This document shows positions 18,170 through 27,326 of a DNA stretch of 58,717 nucleotides, in pieces. Position 1 is the first letter of the stretch, and every line of letters starts with the position of its first letter. Source of the DNA: a virus (lineage: Duplodnaviria; Caudoviricetes); the IMG/VR virus record IMGVR_UViG_3300048851_000095, positions 1 through 58,717 of that record; one strand, written 5' to 3'. The notes beneath the pieces are model-generated. The model worked only from the letters and a program-made list of their open reading frames with translations, did not search any database and was not told the DNA's origin. Position numbers and translations under genes: made by a program.

Positions 18170-18817
18170 ATGCTGATCGTTTGTGTCCGCGGCGCCGGCG
18201 AGCCGGTCACTGGCAACATGTGTTCCGGTGTCGTCCGTGGTTTCGACAACGTCGTCGAGTTGGTCTACCGCCCGGAGATCCGCCCCATCGGGATGCTCAG
18301 CTATGCCGAGTCGGTCGCCGGGTGCCGGGCAGCGTTGCGGCGCATCGACGAACAGGGCGAGGACTACATCATCGTGTGCTTCTCCCTCGGCGCCGCGGCG
18401 GCCGGCGACTTCGTCATGCTCGACCGCCCGAAACACTGCAAAGGGATCATCCTGCTCGCCGACCCACTCCGGGACCGCAAGCAGTGCTCGAACAAGGGCG
18501 TCCCAGCGAACCACTATGGTGTCGGCGGGGAGAGACTCATCACCGGTATTCCGGTGTTCTCGTTCGCGATTCCCGATGATCCGATCACCTCCTGCCCGGC
18601 CGACAACGGGCTCCGGGTGGTGTCGAGTGCTGTGACCGGCCGCAACCAGCCGCTCGCTGCGCGCTGCTACTGGGATGCGGTGTATACGTTCACGTGGCTA
18701 TGGAAGTACGCGGCCGCGGGCCGTCATGTTGCCTACGGCGCAGAACGGATGCCGGGCGATGGCCGTACCTACGTGCAGGCGGCGGCCGACGCGCTCCGGG
18801 CACTGGTGAAGTCCTAA
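18170..18817 (+). CDS. Lysin B-like cutinase-fold esterase
   Basis: VRGAGE, CFSLGA nucleophile elbow, LLADPLR, DPIT, terminal H-V-A-Y. Confidence 0.8.
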   Translation: MLIVCVRGAGEPVTGNMCSGVVRGFDNVVELVYRPEIRPIGMLSYAESVAGCRAALRRIDEQGEDYIIVCFSLGAAAAGDFVMLDRPKHCKGIILLADPLRDRKQCSNKGVPANHYGVGGERLITGIPVFSFAIPDDPITSCPADNGLRVVSSAVTGRNQPLAARCYWDAVYTFTWLWKYAAAGRHVAYGAERMPGDGRTYVQAAADALRALVKS

Positions 18818-18880
18818 GCGCAGACTCAGCATCCCACGCTAGGGTTACAGTGTGACCACATGTAACAGTGCAGGCGTGAA

Positions 18881-19783
18881 GTGAGCCGCGCATACGGCTG
18901 GACCTCCGACGGCGACATCATCGACACCGAAGCCGTCGAACTCCGGACCATGGCAGACCACATCGCCGACGGCGGATCCATGCGGAGCCTCGTCCAAGAC
19001 CTCGAAACCCGGGGCGTCGCAACAGTCACCGGAAAGCCGTGGGCGCCGATCACCGTTCGCCGCGCACTCACCAACCCCCGCATCATCGGAATGAAACTCG
19101 ACAAGGCCGGCGACCTCATCCCCGCGGACATCCCCCCGATCCTCGGGAAGCGAATCTACAACAAGGTCAACAAGATCCTCACCGACCCGGCCCGCGCGAA
19201 GTTCGCACCCCACGGCGGACGCTCGGACACCCTGATGCCTACCGGCATGGTCATCTGCGGCACCTGCGGATCCACGATGCACGCCTCCACCCGCGAAGGC
19301 CGGGCACCGGACTACGCCTGCTCATCGCGGGCCGGTGGATGTGGTGGTGTCGCGATCGCCGCGCACCTGCTGGACACCGAGGTGACTGAACGTGTGTTGG
19401 CGCGGCTGGCCAACAAGAGGAGCCGCGAGAAGTTGGCCCGCACCGCGACCCGCCCGGCGTCCGAGTACCAGCGGCAGATCGACCAAGCCCACGAACGGAT
19501 GGTCGTCCTCGCTGAAACGTTCGGTGGCGCCGACGGATACAAGCCCGCTCTCGACGCTGGGGTGGCAGCAGCCCGGAAGGTCATCGCCCAGGCCGAACGG
19601 GACCTACAGATCGTTCAGGCCGAGGGAATGCTGCCTCCGCCGTCGATCGACGAGATCGTCGACTGGTGGGAAGAAACACCGCGCGCGATCCGGCAGGAAG
19701 TGTTGACCCTGCTCGTCGACAAGGTGCAGGTGTTCTCCACCAAGGTCAACCCCGACGAACGGCTCAAGCTCCACTGGAAGTGA
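18881..19783 (+). CDS. Large serine recombinase C-terminal-only protein (recombinase + Zn ribbon + coiled coil; no catalytic domain)
   Basis: Begins at AYGW; W....VRRALTNPR..G; CGTCG..YACS...GC. Confidence 0.85.
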   Translation: MSRAYGWTSDGDIIDTEAVELRTMADHIADGGSMRSLVQDLETRGVATVTGKPWAPITVRRALTNPRIIGMKLDKAGDLIPADIPPILGKRIYNKVNKILTDPARAKFAPHGGRSDTLMPTGMVICGTCGSTMHASTREGRAPDYACSSRAGGCGGVAIAAHLLDTEVTERVLARLANKRSREKLARTATRPASEYQRQIDQAHERMVVLAETFGGADGYKPALDAGVAAARKVIAQAERDLQIVQAEGMLPPPSIDEIVDWWEETPRAIRQEVLTLLVDKVQVFSTKVNPDERLKLHWK

Positions 19784-19837
19784 CGCCGACGGGGGTGTCC
19801 CGGTTTTGAGCGGAGCCTTGAGGCGTTGACCTGCGGA

Positions 19838-19876
19838 AGTGACATTCCCCCGAAACGGTTTACTGCGAATGTCACT
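19838..19876. repeat. 10-bp inverted repeat; candidate att or recombinase-binding site
   Basis: AGTGACATTC-N19-GAATGTCACT in non-coding gap. Confidence 0.55.
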
Positions 19877-19970
19877 GGTTATATTTCGGCGATCCCGACC
19901 CAGTCGGTAAAAATTTCACCGCAGATGTAACACCTGCTTGTAAGTGGCGGGCGAACCGAAATCCCTGAAA

Positions 19971-20249
19971 CTAGTTTTCCCAAGGCGGCCGCGGCGGTAA
20001 AACCTCACCGTTCCGGTACGCCGCGTCGGCAGCTGCGCGGAGCCGGGCGTACTCCTGCTCCCGGTACCGGCGCCGGAACCACCACACCAGTCCGCCACCA
20101 ATGACAAGCACGAGCGGGATCGCGACGTACCAATAGGCACCGAAGAACCCGACGACGAACACCCCGGCCGCAAACAACGCCCACGGGTTCTTCCACCACA
20201 CCCGCTTCGGCGCCGACGGCAACAACCACGCTGGCTCGGTGGTAGTCAT
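19971..20249 (-). CDS. Small membrane protein
   Basis: Two hydrophobic segments; TGATG-coupled to lipoprotein gene. Confidence 0.7.
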   Translation of the reverse strand: MTTTEPAWLLPSAPKRVWWKNPWALFAAGVFVVGFFGAYWYVAIPLVLVIGGGLVWWFRRRYREQEYARLRAAADAAYRNGEVLPPRPPWEN

Positions 20250-20683
20250 CAGCATTCGCCCTGGGCGGCCATCCGCGCGCCCGTCGTGAACCGCTGCTGC
20301 TGGGCGGGCGACATCTGATCCCACTCGGGGCTGCTGCCGTCGGACGGTGCCTGAACGTCTTTCATGAAGTCCTCGAACTCGGCGTCAGCGTCATAGCTCT
20401 CAGTCTCGCGGGCAGGATCGAACAGCGGCTTGAGGCCGGCGCAAATCTCTTCGGCGGTGCCGGGTAGTTCGTCCGACCCAGCTTCCTCCGGAGTCGGTTC
20501 GACGGTCGCTGCAGCGGTCGTCGTGGTCGCGGGGAGAGAAGACGTCGTCGGTAGCGCGGTCGTCGTCGCGCTGGTTGCTGACGTGCTCGTCGTTGACGTG
20601 GCGTCCTCGGAGTCCGAGCAGGCTGTCCCAATCATCAATGCTCCAACTGTAATAGCGGTAAGGGCCAAGGACTTTGCCTGCAT
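20249..20683 (-). CDS. Lipoprotein
   Basis: Signal peptide ending IGTAC, Thr-rich linker, small Cys-containing domain. Confidence 0.8.
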   Translation of the reverse strand: MQAKSLALTAITVGALMIGTACSDSEDATSTTSTSATSATTTALPTTSSLPATTTTAAATVEPTPEEAGSDELPGTAEEICAGLKPLFDPARETESYDADAEFEDFMKDVQAPSDGSSPEWDQMSPAQQQRFTTGARMAAQGEC

Positions 20684-20808
20684 AATGTCTCCATCATCGG
20701 GTGCGGTTCCTCAGCATTCTGGTCGATTGGATGTGGCTTGGAAAGCCATGACAATCTGTTTTGAACTTTGTCGGGGACATTGTCGTATTCCGATAGTACT
20801 GTACGACC

Positions 20809-22200
20809 ATGCGAGCGATCATCTACTGCCGTGTTTCAAGCGACCCGAAGCAGCGCAGTAAGTCCGTCACCGAGCAGGAGACCGAGTGCCGGGCATTCGC
20901 AGCGGACCAGGGATGGGACATCGGCGAAGTCCTTATCGACAACGATCGCGGCGCCTCGAGGTACAGCCGCAAAGACCGACCCGCGTACCGGCGTCTCATG
21001 GAACTCCTCACCTCTGGTGATGTGCTCATCACGTGGGAGGCGTCCCGCGCGCAGCGCGACCTGAAGGCATATACCGAACTCCGCGATCTCTGCGCACAGC
21101 GCGGGGTGCTGTGGTGCTACTCAGGGCGCGTGTACGACCTGGAGCGTGGCGACGATCGGTTCACGACCGGGCTCGACGCGCTCCTCTCGGAGAAGGAAGT
21201 CGACCAAACCCGCGAACGAATTCTCCGCTCAGTCCGCGCGAACGCCGCCGCCGGAAGACCACACGGAAAGCTGCCGTACGGATACATGATTGTCCGCGAC
21301 CCCGACACCGGCGAAGCGATCGACCGCACACCCAACCCCACAACGGCACCGATATTCCGGGAGATCGTGACCCGCATCCTCGCCGGCGACGCAATCTACG
21401 GAATCGCGCAAGACTTGAACCGGCGTGGCGTGCCCGGGCCCAGACCGCGACGCGACGGCAGCCCAACGCCGTGGATACCGATGACGATCAAGAAGATGAT
21501 CGAATCACCGACCTACGCTGGCCTGCGTACACACAAAGGCGAGGTGATCGGTAAGGCGACGTGGGAGCCGCTGATCTCCCGCGACGATCACGAGCGGATC
21601 CTGGCCATCCTCGCTGATCCAACGCGGCGAACCCAACGCGGTTCCGAACCAACCTGGCTGCTGACCGGCATAGCAGTCTGCGGGGAATGCGGCGCCACAG
21701 TGCGCCGGATCAAGAACCGCGGCTACCAGACGTATTCGTGCTCGAAAGGATTTTGCGTCGCACGAGTAGTGCGAGCCGTCGACCCCTACGTCACCGAGCA
21801 TGTGCTCCGGCGCCTCGAAGGGCAGGACCTGCTGATCAACCTCGGTGGGGAGGACGCTGACCTGTCGGCGGCTCTCAGTGAGTTGACTGCCCTTCGCCAG
21901 CGACTCGACGCGTTCACGGACTCCGCCGCCGAGGGCGAGACGTCACCGGCCGCCTTGGCTCGGATCGAGGCTCGGTTGCGGCCACAGATCGCAGCAGCGG
22001 AAGCGAAGGTGCGACAACACCAGAAGTCACCGTTGATCGCCCGGATCGCCGGCCCTCAAGCGCGTGAGCACTGGGACGCGTTGCCGATGCGGGAGCGCCG
22101 GGACGTTGTACGGGAGTTCGTGACGGTGCGGATCTTGAAGATCCCGAAACGGCAACGCACCGTGCCGGGGCCGGAGTCTATTGAGTTCGTGTGGAAATGA
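20809..22200 (+). CDS. int: Large serine integrase
   Basis: YCRVS catalytic motif, SRAQR, PYGY, recombinase domain, CGECG Zn ribbon. Confidence 0.95.
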   Translation: MRAIIYCRVSSDPKQRSKSVTEQETECRAFAADQGWDIGEVLIDNDRGASRYSRKDRPAYRRLMELLTSGDVLITWEASRAQRDLKAYTELRDLCAQRGVLWCYSGRVYDLERGDDRFTTGLDALLSEKEVDQTRERILRSVRANAAAGRPHGKLPYGYMIVRDPDTGEAIDRTPNPTTAPIFREIVTRILAGDAIYGIAQDLNRRGVPGPRPRRDGSPTPWIPMTIKKMIESPTYAGLRTHKGEVIGKATWEPLISRDDHERILAILADPTRRTQRGSEPTWLLTGIAVCGECGATVRRIKNRGYQTYSCSKGFCVARVVRAVDPYVTEHVLRRLEGQDLLINLGGEDADLSAALSELTALRQRLDAFTDSAAEGETSPAALARIEARLRPQIAAAEAKVRQHQKSPLIARIAGPQAREHWDALPMRERRDVVREFVTVRILKIPKRQRTVPGPESIEFVWK

Positions 22201-22423
22201 CCGTCGTGCGTTGACGAGCTTGCGCGCGGCGCGCCCGCATCCGGCGTAACCGCTTCACCGTCATCGGGTCGATCGCCATCGCCTCGGGCAGGTCGATGAT
22301 CTGGTTGAGCCGCTGGTAGTAGCGGACCACCGACACCTCGAACCGGCGAACGATCTCGGCTTCTTTGTTCCCGCGGTGCTGCCACCACGACCGCTCGAAA
22401 TCGAGTACCTCAGTGAGTTCCAT
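22178..22423 (-). CDS. DUF3263-family protein
   Basis: LDFERSWW...GNKE..I...F..S..RYYQRLN.IID.P.A...DP..V.RLRR. Confidence 0.85.
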   Translation of the reverse strand: MELTEVLDFERSWWQHRGNKEAEIVRRFEVSVVRYYQRLNQIIDLPEAMAIDPMTVKRLRRMRARRAQARQRTTVISTRTQ

Positions 22424-22883
22424 GGATGTGCCTTTCGGGGTAGATCCAGTCGCCATCGAGCTGGTGCTCGAGCTCGGCCACCTCGATTGGGTTGAGGTTG
22501 TTGATACGTGTCGCGAGGACGTCAACGGTGACCCACAGGTCTTCGGCCAACTCGTCGGGATCGGGGTGACGGTTCCACCGGAGCGCGTGCAGCAGCTCAT
22601 CGAATGGGATCAGCTGCAGGGCGGTGCACTTTTCAACGACCGCCTCCTCCGAGAGATCGATCGGAAATATGCCACGCACGTAGTGGATGAGCTCGTGAGT
22701 CAACGCGCACCGGCGTTGCACCTGGTTCAGGCTGCAACAGATCCAGATCGTCGTGCCTGCCAACAGGCCGTGGATGCCATTCGGCAGACGGTGCGTGGTG
22801 ATGACCTGAACCTCGGGGTAGTGCTCACGCAAGATGCGCCAAGGGTGCCACCGGCGGCGGCTTGGCAAGAGTTCCGTATCCAT
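22410..22883 (-). CDS. ImmA/IrrE-family metallopeptidase (anti-repressor)
   Basis: RRCALTHELIH (HExxH), downstream E, LAEDLWV; start uncertain. Confidence 0.85.
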   Translation of the reverse strand: MDTELLPSRRRWHPWRILREHYPEVQVITTHRLPNGIHGLLAGTTIWICCSLNQVQRRCALTHELIHYVRGIFPIDLSEEAVVEKCTALQLIPFDELLHALRWNRHPDPDELAEDLWVTVDVLATRINNLNPIEVAELEHQLDGDWIYPERHIHGTH

Positions 22884-22943
22884 GCCGAGAGTTGTATCGG
22901 CAAGGACTGACAAGCCCATGTGCGGCAATGAATTACATGATTG

Positions 22944-23363
22944 TCATTTATCCATTAGCTCTAGCAGGGTGTTGTCGCCGAGGCGGAAGTTCTCGAGCAG
23001 GGTTGAACGTGCCTCAAGACCGTAAAACGGGACGTCGGCGCCGATGATCCCGGCCGCATCAACGAGTATTGCTGAGGCACAGTTCAGCACCTGAGGAATC
23101 CCGGTCTCTTCTACGAATGCGTCGAGGTCATCACCTTCCTCGATCCTCCGATCCCAGAAGTACAGGACAGCAACATCGACTACCAACGAGCCGTCGCGCG
23201 TCTCCTCCTCGATCCGAATTCGGACGCCGAGTTTGTCAGGTTGCACATTGAACGACAGCTGAAAGTCTGTCTCCGGCAGCTCTTCTTCGGTGTTTTCATG
23301 GTGGTGCCGCCCATGTTTTTCGAAGATCGTCAACAGCGTGTCATCGACCTCGGGGATACTCAT
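22944..23363 (-). CDS. SecB-like chaperone (TAC system)
   Basis: 139 aa acidic protein, beta strands then DAFVEETG helix; TGATG-coupled to antitoxin. Confidence 0.6.
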   Translation of the reverse strand: MSIPEVDDTLLTIFEKHGRHHHENTEEELPETDFQLSFNVQPDKLGVRIRIEEETRDGSLVVDVAVLYFWDRRIEEGDDLDAFVEETGIPQVLNCASAILVDAAGIIGADVPFYGLEARSTLLENFRLGDNTLLELMDK

Positions 23364-23752
23364 CAGACGGTTGACCAATACCCAATCGGACCAATTACCT
23401 TCGCTGATGCGTTGGTTGACGGCCGCTTTCGATACGAGACCGTGATTGTGACCGGGCCTTCGTCGGGCCACTGATCGTAGTCAGTCACCTTTGTCTCGAT
23501 CCACGCTCCCACGGCAGCTGCGTAACGACGAATTGTGGACAGGTGCGGATCGGATCCTAGATTCTCAAAATTCGACACGGCGGTCTTGGAGCGATTCATA
23601 CGAACCGCAACTTCTTCCTGCTTTAACCTTTTGCTCTTGCGCATGGCGACAAGGTCTTCCAGCAACCGGTCGTCGTTTGCTGCAAGGTGTTCGCGAAGTT
23701 CGCCATACGGATCCGCCGCTAGGTCGGCCTCCAACGCTTCGATGGGGTTCAT
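23363..23752 (-). CDS. HigA-like XRE antitoxin with C-terminal extension
   Basis: LKQEEVAVRMNRSKTAVSNFE...DPHLSTIRRYAAAVG HTH plus ~40-aa tail. Confidence 0.8.
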   Translation of the reverse strand: MNPIEALEADLAADPYGELREHLAANDDRLLEDLVAMRKSKRLKQEEVAVRMNRSKTAVSNFENLGSDPHLSTIRRYAAAVGAWIETKVTDYDQWPDEGPVTITVSYRKRPSTNASAKVIGPIGYWSTV

Positions 23753-23789
23753 GGGTTCAGGTTAACCGTAACTGGACACGGAGCAAGAG

Positions 23790-24263
23790 TTATGGGTCAA
23801 ATGTGAGAAGTTCGTTGCCGTTCGCCGAGCACGCGTAAGTGCGCCCAACGGCAACCGCGATGTCCGCTTGCTGATCCGTCCCGACGTACTCTGGATGCTC
23901 GCACTTTGCGCCGGCCCCCATGGCCCACAGTTCCTCTGGGCACAGTGTCGGCTCGTTGAAGTAGATGCGGTAGTGAATGGTCACCTCGTCAATTACCTTC
24001 TGCCCCTCTGCCACATACGACACCTCATCAGCCTCGTAAAGTTTCAGCTCCCCAAGCGATCCGGAGCTGGTCGCGCACGGAAACTCCCATTCGTTCTCGC
24101 GAACTGTTCCGCGCGCGGCGCGCCTCATCAGCGATTTCATCGCCGCCCATGTATCTCGATCAATGCCCAGCCGCCCAACGTCACCACCAAACTCTGCGTG
24201 ACGCCTCCAAGTGCAGATCAGAATTCCGATGCGGTCAGTTTCATGCCGCGGCTCGCGGCTCAC
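23790..24263 (-). CDS. RelE/HigB-like toxin
   Basis: LGELK...YRIYF...K...Q..DI..A..R pattern; upstream of XRE gene. Confidence 0.6.
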   Translation of the reverse strand: MSREPRHETDRIGILICTWRRHAEFGGDVGRLGIDRDTWAAMKSLMRRAARGTVRENEWEFPCATSSGSLGELKLYEADEVSYVAEGQKVIDEVTIHYRIYFNEPTLCPEELWAMGAGAKCEHPEYVGTDQQADIAVAVGRTYACSANGNELLTFDP

Positions 24264-24889
24264 GCCCCCGCCTCCGGCCCTTCCGGGTCCGGACGGTCTG
24301 CGAGCTCGTCCTGTTCGCGCGCCTCGCGCGACCCTTTTTCGCCGAGCTTCGGTTTGTACGCCGCCAGCTGCTCGTCCTCCAGCGGAGGGGGCGGGTCGCT
24401 GTTGCCGAACAGTTCGGTCACGGCGCGGCCCTTCGCCTCGACGCTGACTTCGTCGTCGTACGACCCCACGCGGAGACCGGTAGGGCCCGCGAGTTTGTCA
24501 CGCGCATCCTGGACAGCGTTCTCGAACTCCTCGCGGAACCCGGTCAGCATTCTCAAAAGTGTGCGGCGGTGAAAATCGCTGAGGGATGGATCAGCTCGGA
24601 TAGCGAACTCAGCGTCGTCGTTGCTCGATTCGTTGATCGCAATTCCCATATCAGTCAGGACCGCGACCGCGACTGTTCGGGGCGTAACACCGAGGCCAGC
24701 GGCAAGCCCGAAGATTGTGGCCTTCGTAATCGATGGGTTGTCCTGGGCGCGGACCCTGCTGAGATTCGACTTGCCGAGTTTCTGCCCGCGGGCACGGGCG
24801 CGCTCGACGATCTTGTCGTCGGACAGGTTGTTGGCGCGCTTCTGTGTCTCGATCAGCGTTGCGAGCGCCCGGGGCGTGGTCATGGCCAT
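24260..24889 (-). CDS. Immunity repressor (ImmR-like HTH)
   Basis: N-terminal HTH (LGKSNLSRV..TIFGLAAGLGV); divergent from cro; same operon as ImmA. Confidence 0.75.
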   Translation of the reverse strand: MAMTTPRALATLIETQKRANNLSDDKIVERARARGQKLGKSNLSRVRAQDNPSITKATIFGLAAGLGVTPRTVAVAVLTDMGIAINESSNDDAEFAIRADPSLSDFHRRTLLRMLTGFREEFENAVQDARDKLAGPTGLRVGSYDDEVSVEAKGRAVTELFGNSDPPPPLEDEQLAAYKPKLGEKGSREAREQDELADRPDPEGPEAGA

Positions 24890-24969
24890 GAGCGTGCGTG
24901 CACCTTCCTGTCGTGGCAATCCGCGCGGACACCAGCAAAAACGAACACAGCAATCGGGCTGGTCGTTCT

Positions 24970-25105
24970 TCGGACACTAATCCAGTTCGGCCGAGACCAG
25001 TGTATCGGTCCAGTTCAGCCCCTATCTGCAGAACGACATCGCTGTAATTTGTTGACAGCATGGACACCGGCGTGGTCAGCTTTGTTCGGAATTACTGGAC
25101 ACAAC
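24970..25105. promoter_or_regulatory. Divergent repressor/cro control region
   Basis: TTGACA at 25052; GGACAC repeated at ~24972, 25062, 25097. Confidence 0.5.
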
Positions 25106-25126
25106 GACCACTAGGGAGATAGAGTC

Positions 25127-25432
25127 ATGGAACGTTCCGAGCGACGGATCGGGGAGGTGTACATGATCCTCAGGGATCGCAAGAAGCTCGCCAGGCTCAT
25201 GGTGATTCAGGAAGTCTCGCAGCGGCAACTGGCAGAGGTCGCTGGCTATCGCGCCCACTCATACATTGGGAGATTGTTGCGCGGCGAAGTCAAAACACTC
25301 GGCACCGACGCAGCGCTGCGAATTGCCCACCACCTGATGACCCCGGTCGACGATCTTTTTTTGATCAAGGTGACCAGTAATTCCGAACAAGATCTCCGGG
25401 AAATGCGGAGTGACGCGAAGGTGAGTGTGTGA
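25127..25432 (+). CDS. Cro-like XRE HTH protein
   Basis: SQRQLAEVAGY..HSYIGRLLRG..IA..L..PVDDLF. Confidence 0.85.
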   Translation: MERSERRIGEVYMILRDRKKLARLMVIQEVSQRQLAEVAGYRAHSYIGRLLRGEVKTLGTDAALRIAHHLMTPVDDLFLIKVTSNSEQDLREMRSDAKVSV

Positions 25433-25611
25433 TGGCTGCGCTGAAGTTCGATCCGGAGAAGTGGCCGTATGCGCCGGGCAACGCGTCGCCTGAGATGGAA
25501 GCGGTATTCGCAGCGGAAGAAGCCCGGTGGCCGGAACCAACTCCCGAACTACAGCAACGAATCTCAGCGATCTTCCGCCGCTCAGCACTCAGGAACCGGG
25601 AGTCCGCATGA
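25429..25611 (+). CDS. Hypothetical protein
   Basis: Overlap-coupled in early operon. Confidence 0.55.
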   Translation: MMAALKFDPEKWPYAPGNASPEMEAVFAAEEARWPEPTPELQQRISAIFRRSALRNRESA

Positions 25612-25787
25612 CCACCGCGTTCGTCCAGGTGTGGCCGAAGCCGACTGCGTCGCTGCGTGAACGGGTCCAGGCCCGCGTCGCAGCCGACGAGCTCGCTGGC
25701 ACCGAGTACCCGCCGCTCTCGAACCACCAAGCGGCCCGGCTGACATTCCTCATGTCGACCCCAGCAAACCAAAGGGCCGGACGGTAA
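25608..25787 (+). CDS. Hypothetical protein
   Basis: ATGA coupling. Confidence 0.55.
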   Translation: MTTAFVQVWPKPTASLRERVQARVAADELAGTEYPPLSNHQAARLTFLMSTPANQRAGR

Positions 25788-25847
25788 TTCGTCCCGGGAA
25801 CCACCCCGCGACCCCGTCCGGCCCAGTCACCAACGTTGGAGAACATC

Positions 25848-26018
25848 GTGACAAACACAGAGTACAACCCGGAACGCTTCGACCCCACTGTCCTCGACCT
25901 GCCGTTGCGGCGGGAATGGGAGCACTTCGCCGGATTCGGTTGGTCGGACCAGCGGATCGCCGACCGCCTCGGGCTGAAGACTAACACACTGCAGAAGTTG
26001 AAGGAGCGCGCATCGTGA
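25848..26018 (+). CDS. Small HTH-like protein
   Basis: GWSDQRIADRLGLKTNTL. Confidence 0.6.
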   Translation: MTNTEYNPERFDPTVLDLPLRREWEHFAGFGWSDQRIADRLGLKTNTLQKLKERAS

Positions 26019-26320
26019 GCCTGACCGCAGCAGTGCAAGCCATGTGCCCCCACATCGACATCGACATCACATGGGACGAGAAACGGTGGCGTCCAATAGA
26101 TCCCGAAGGGGAAGGTGTCCCGATCGCCTGGTCCGCCACCTGGTTCGAAGACAACCCACTGCACGACGGACCCGAGCCGATGGGCGACGAAGGCGCACTC
26201 GACACCCTCCTCCCGCGGGTCGCTGAAATCCTCGGCTATCCCGGACTGATCCCGACCGCCGGCATCCACATCGACATCTCCGGATGGGCGCTGCACTACC
26301 TCCCGACGGACACCCGATGA
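26015..26320 (+). CDS. Hypothetical protein
   Basis: AAGGAG RBS, GTGA coupling. Confidence 0.6.
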   Translation: MSLTAAVQAMCPHIDIDITWDEKRWRPIDPEGEGVPIAWSATWFEDNPLHDGPEPMGDEGALDTLLPRVAEILGYPGLIPTAGIHIDISGWALHYLPTDTR

Positions 26321-26478
26321 GATCGCACCGCCCACGGTGGGCTCCCGAGGACTGCACGTGCGACTGGTCGCCACCGGTCTACCCGGTCCGCGACTGGGAA
26401 TGCGACGACCCCGACGATCATTGCCCCCACCACGGCGAAGCACCAGCACCTGAACAACGAAACGAGGTCGCATCGTGA
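26317..26478 (+). CDS. Small Cys/His-rich protein
   Basis: CTC..C..CPHHG; coupled at both ends. Confidence 0.5.
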   Translation: MRSHRPRWAPEDCTCDWSPPVYPVRDWECDDPDDHCPHHGEAPAPEQRNEVAS

Positions 26479-27326
26479 CGTTCGCACCCGGTGTCTACGC
26501 CGGCATACCCGACGATGTCTATCACGCCGACCGCGAGTCGCTGTCATCATCCGGCGCCCGGAAATTGTTGCCCCCGTCCACTCCTGCCGAGTACCGGTAC
26601 GAGCAGGACAACGTCCGGCCGGCCAAGAAGGAATTCGACTTCGGGCACGCCGCGCATCGACTGGTCCTCGGCGAAGGTTCCGAACTTCGGCCGCTTCCCG
26701 AATCGATCCTGGCTTCCAACGGGGCAGCGAGCACGAAGGAAGCGAAGGCATTCATCGCGCAGGCCCGTGCCGACGGCGCAGTTCCGCTGAAGGAGAGCGA
26801 ATATCAGCAGGCCTCCGACATGGCCGCCCAGGTCCGCCGCCACGCGCGAGCTGCCGAGCTCCTCGAGGACGGCAACGCCGAGCGCTCCATCTACTGGACG
26901 GACCCCGACACCGGGATCACCAGACGAGCGCGGCCCGACTGGATTTCAGCGAAGACCATCGACGGACGTCTCGTCCTCGTCGACTACAAGACATCCACTA
27001 CCGCCAATCCAGACCTGTTCGCGAAGAAGGCCGCCGACTACGGCTATTACCAGCAGGCACCGTGGTACATCGACGGCGCGGTCGCCGCCGGCATCGGTGA
27101 CGAGCCCGTGTTCCTGTTCATCGTGCAGGACAAGAACCCCCCGTATCTCGTGTCCGTTGTGGAGCTCGACGCCGAAGCCGTCCGCGAAGGCGCGCGCCTC
27201 AATCGGAGAGCGATCCGCACCTACGCGCGCTGCGTCGAGGACGATCACTGGCCCGGGTACGGCGACGACATCATCCCGATTTACCTGCCCCACTGGATTT
27301 ACAACAAACAAGGAGCGCTCGAATGA
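26475..27326 (+). CDS. RecE-like PD-(D/E)xK exonuclease (DUF3799-like)
   Basis: LSSSG, FG.AAH, RARPD, DYKT, Y.QQA.WY motifs; upstream of RecT. Confidence 0.9.
   Translation: MTFAPGVYAGIPDDVYHADRESLSSSGARKLLPPSTPAEYRYEQDNVRPAKKEFDFGHAAHRLVLGEGSELRPLPESILASNGAASTKEAKAFIAQARADGAVPLKESEYQQASDMAAQVRRHARAAELLEDGNAERSIYWTDPDTGITRRARPDWISAKTIDGRLVLVDYKTSTTANPDLFAKKAADYGYYQQAPWYIDGAVAAGIGDEPVFLFIVQDKNPPYLVSVVELDAEAVREGARLNRRAIRTYARCVEDDHWPGYGDDIIPIYLPHWIYNKQGALE

Noticed and set aside
18375-18395. LysB elbow reads CFSLG rather than GxSxG, suggesting inactivity
   Set aside because: Ser, Asp and His candidates are all retained; first-position variants are tolerated in alpha/beta hydrolases
19979-19992. 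Partial complements (CCCAAGGC) of the leader core as antisense activator RNAs; also near 38308
   Set aside because: Matches of about 8-9 nt within coding DNA are expected by chance
18881-22200. Invertible segment or shufflon driven by the two recombinases
   Set aside because: No paired inverted sites flanking the intervening genes seen, and one recombinase lacks a catalytic domain
24260-24400. Integration-dependent immunity (attP in repressor, C-terminal degradation tag)
   Set aside because: That system is known with tyrosine integrases; here int is serine-type, ImmA is present and no att core is evident
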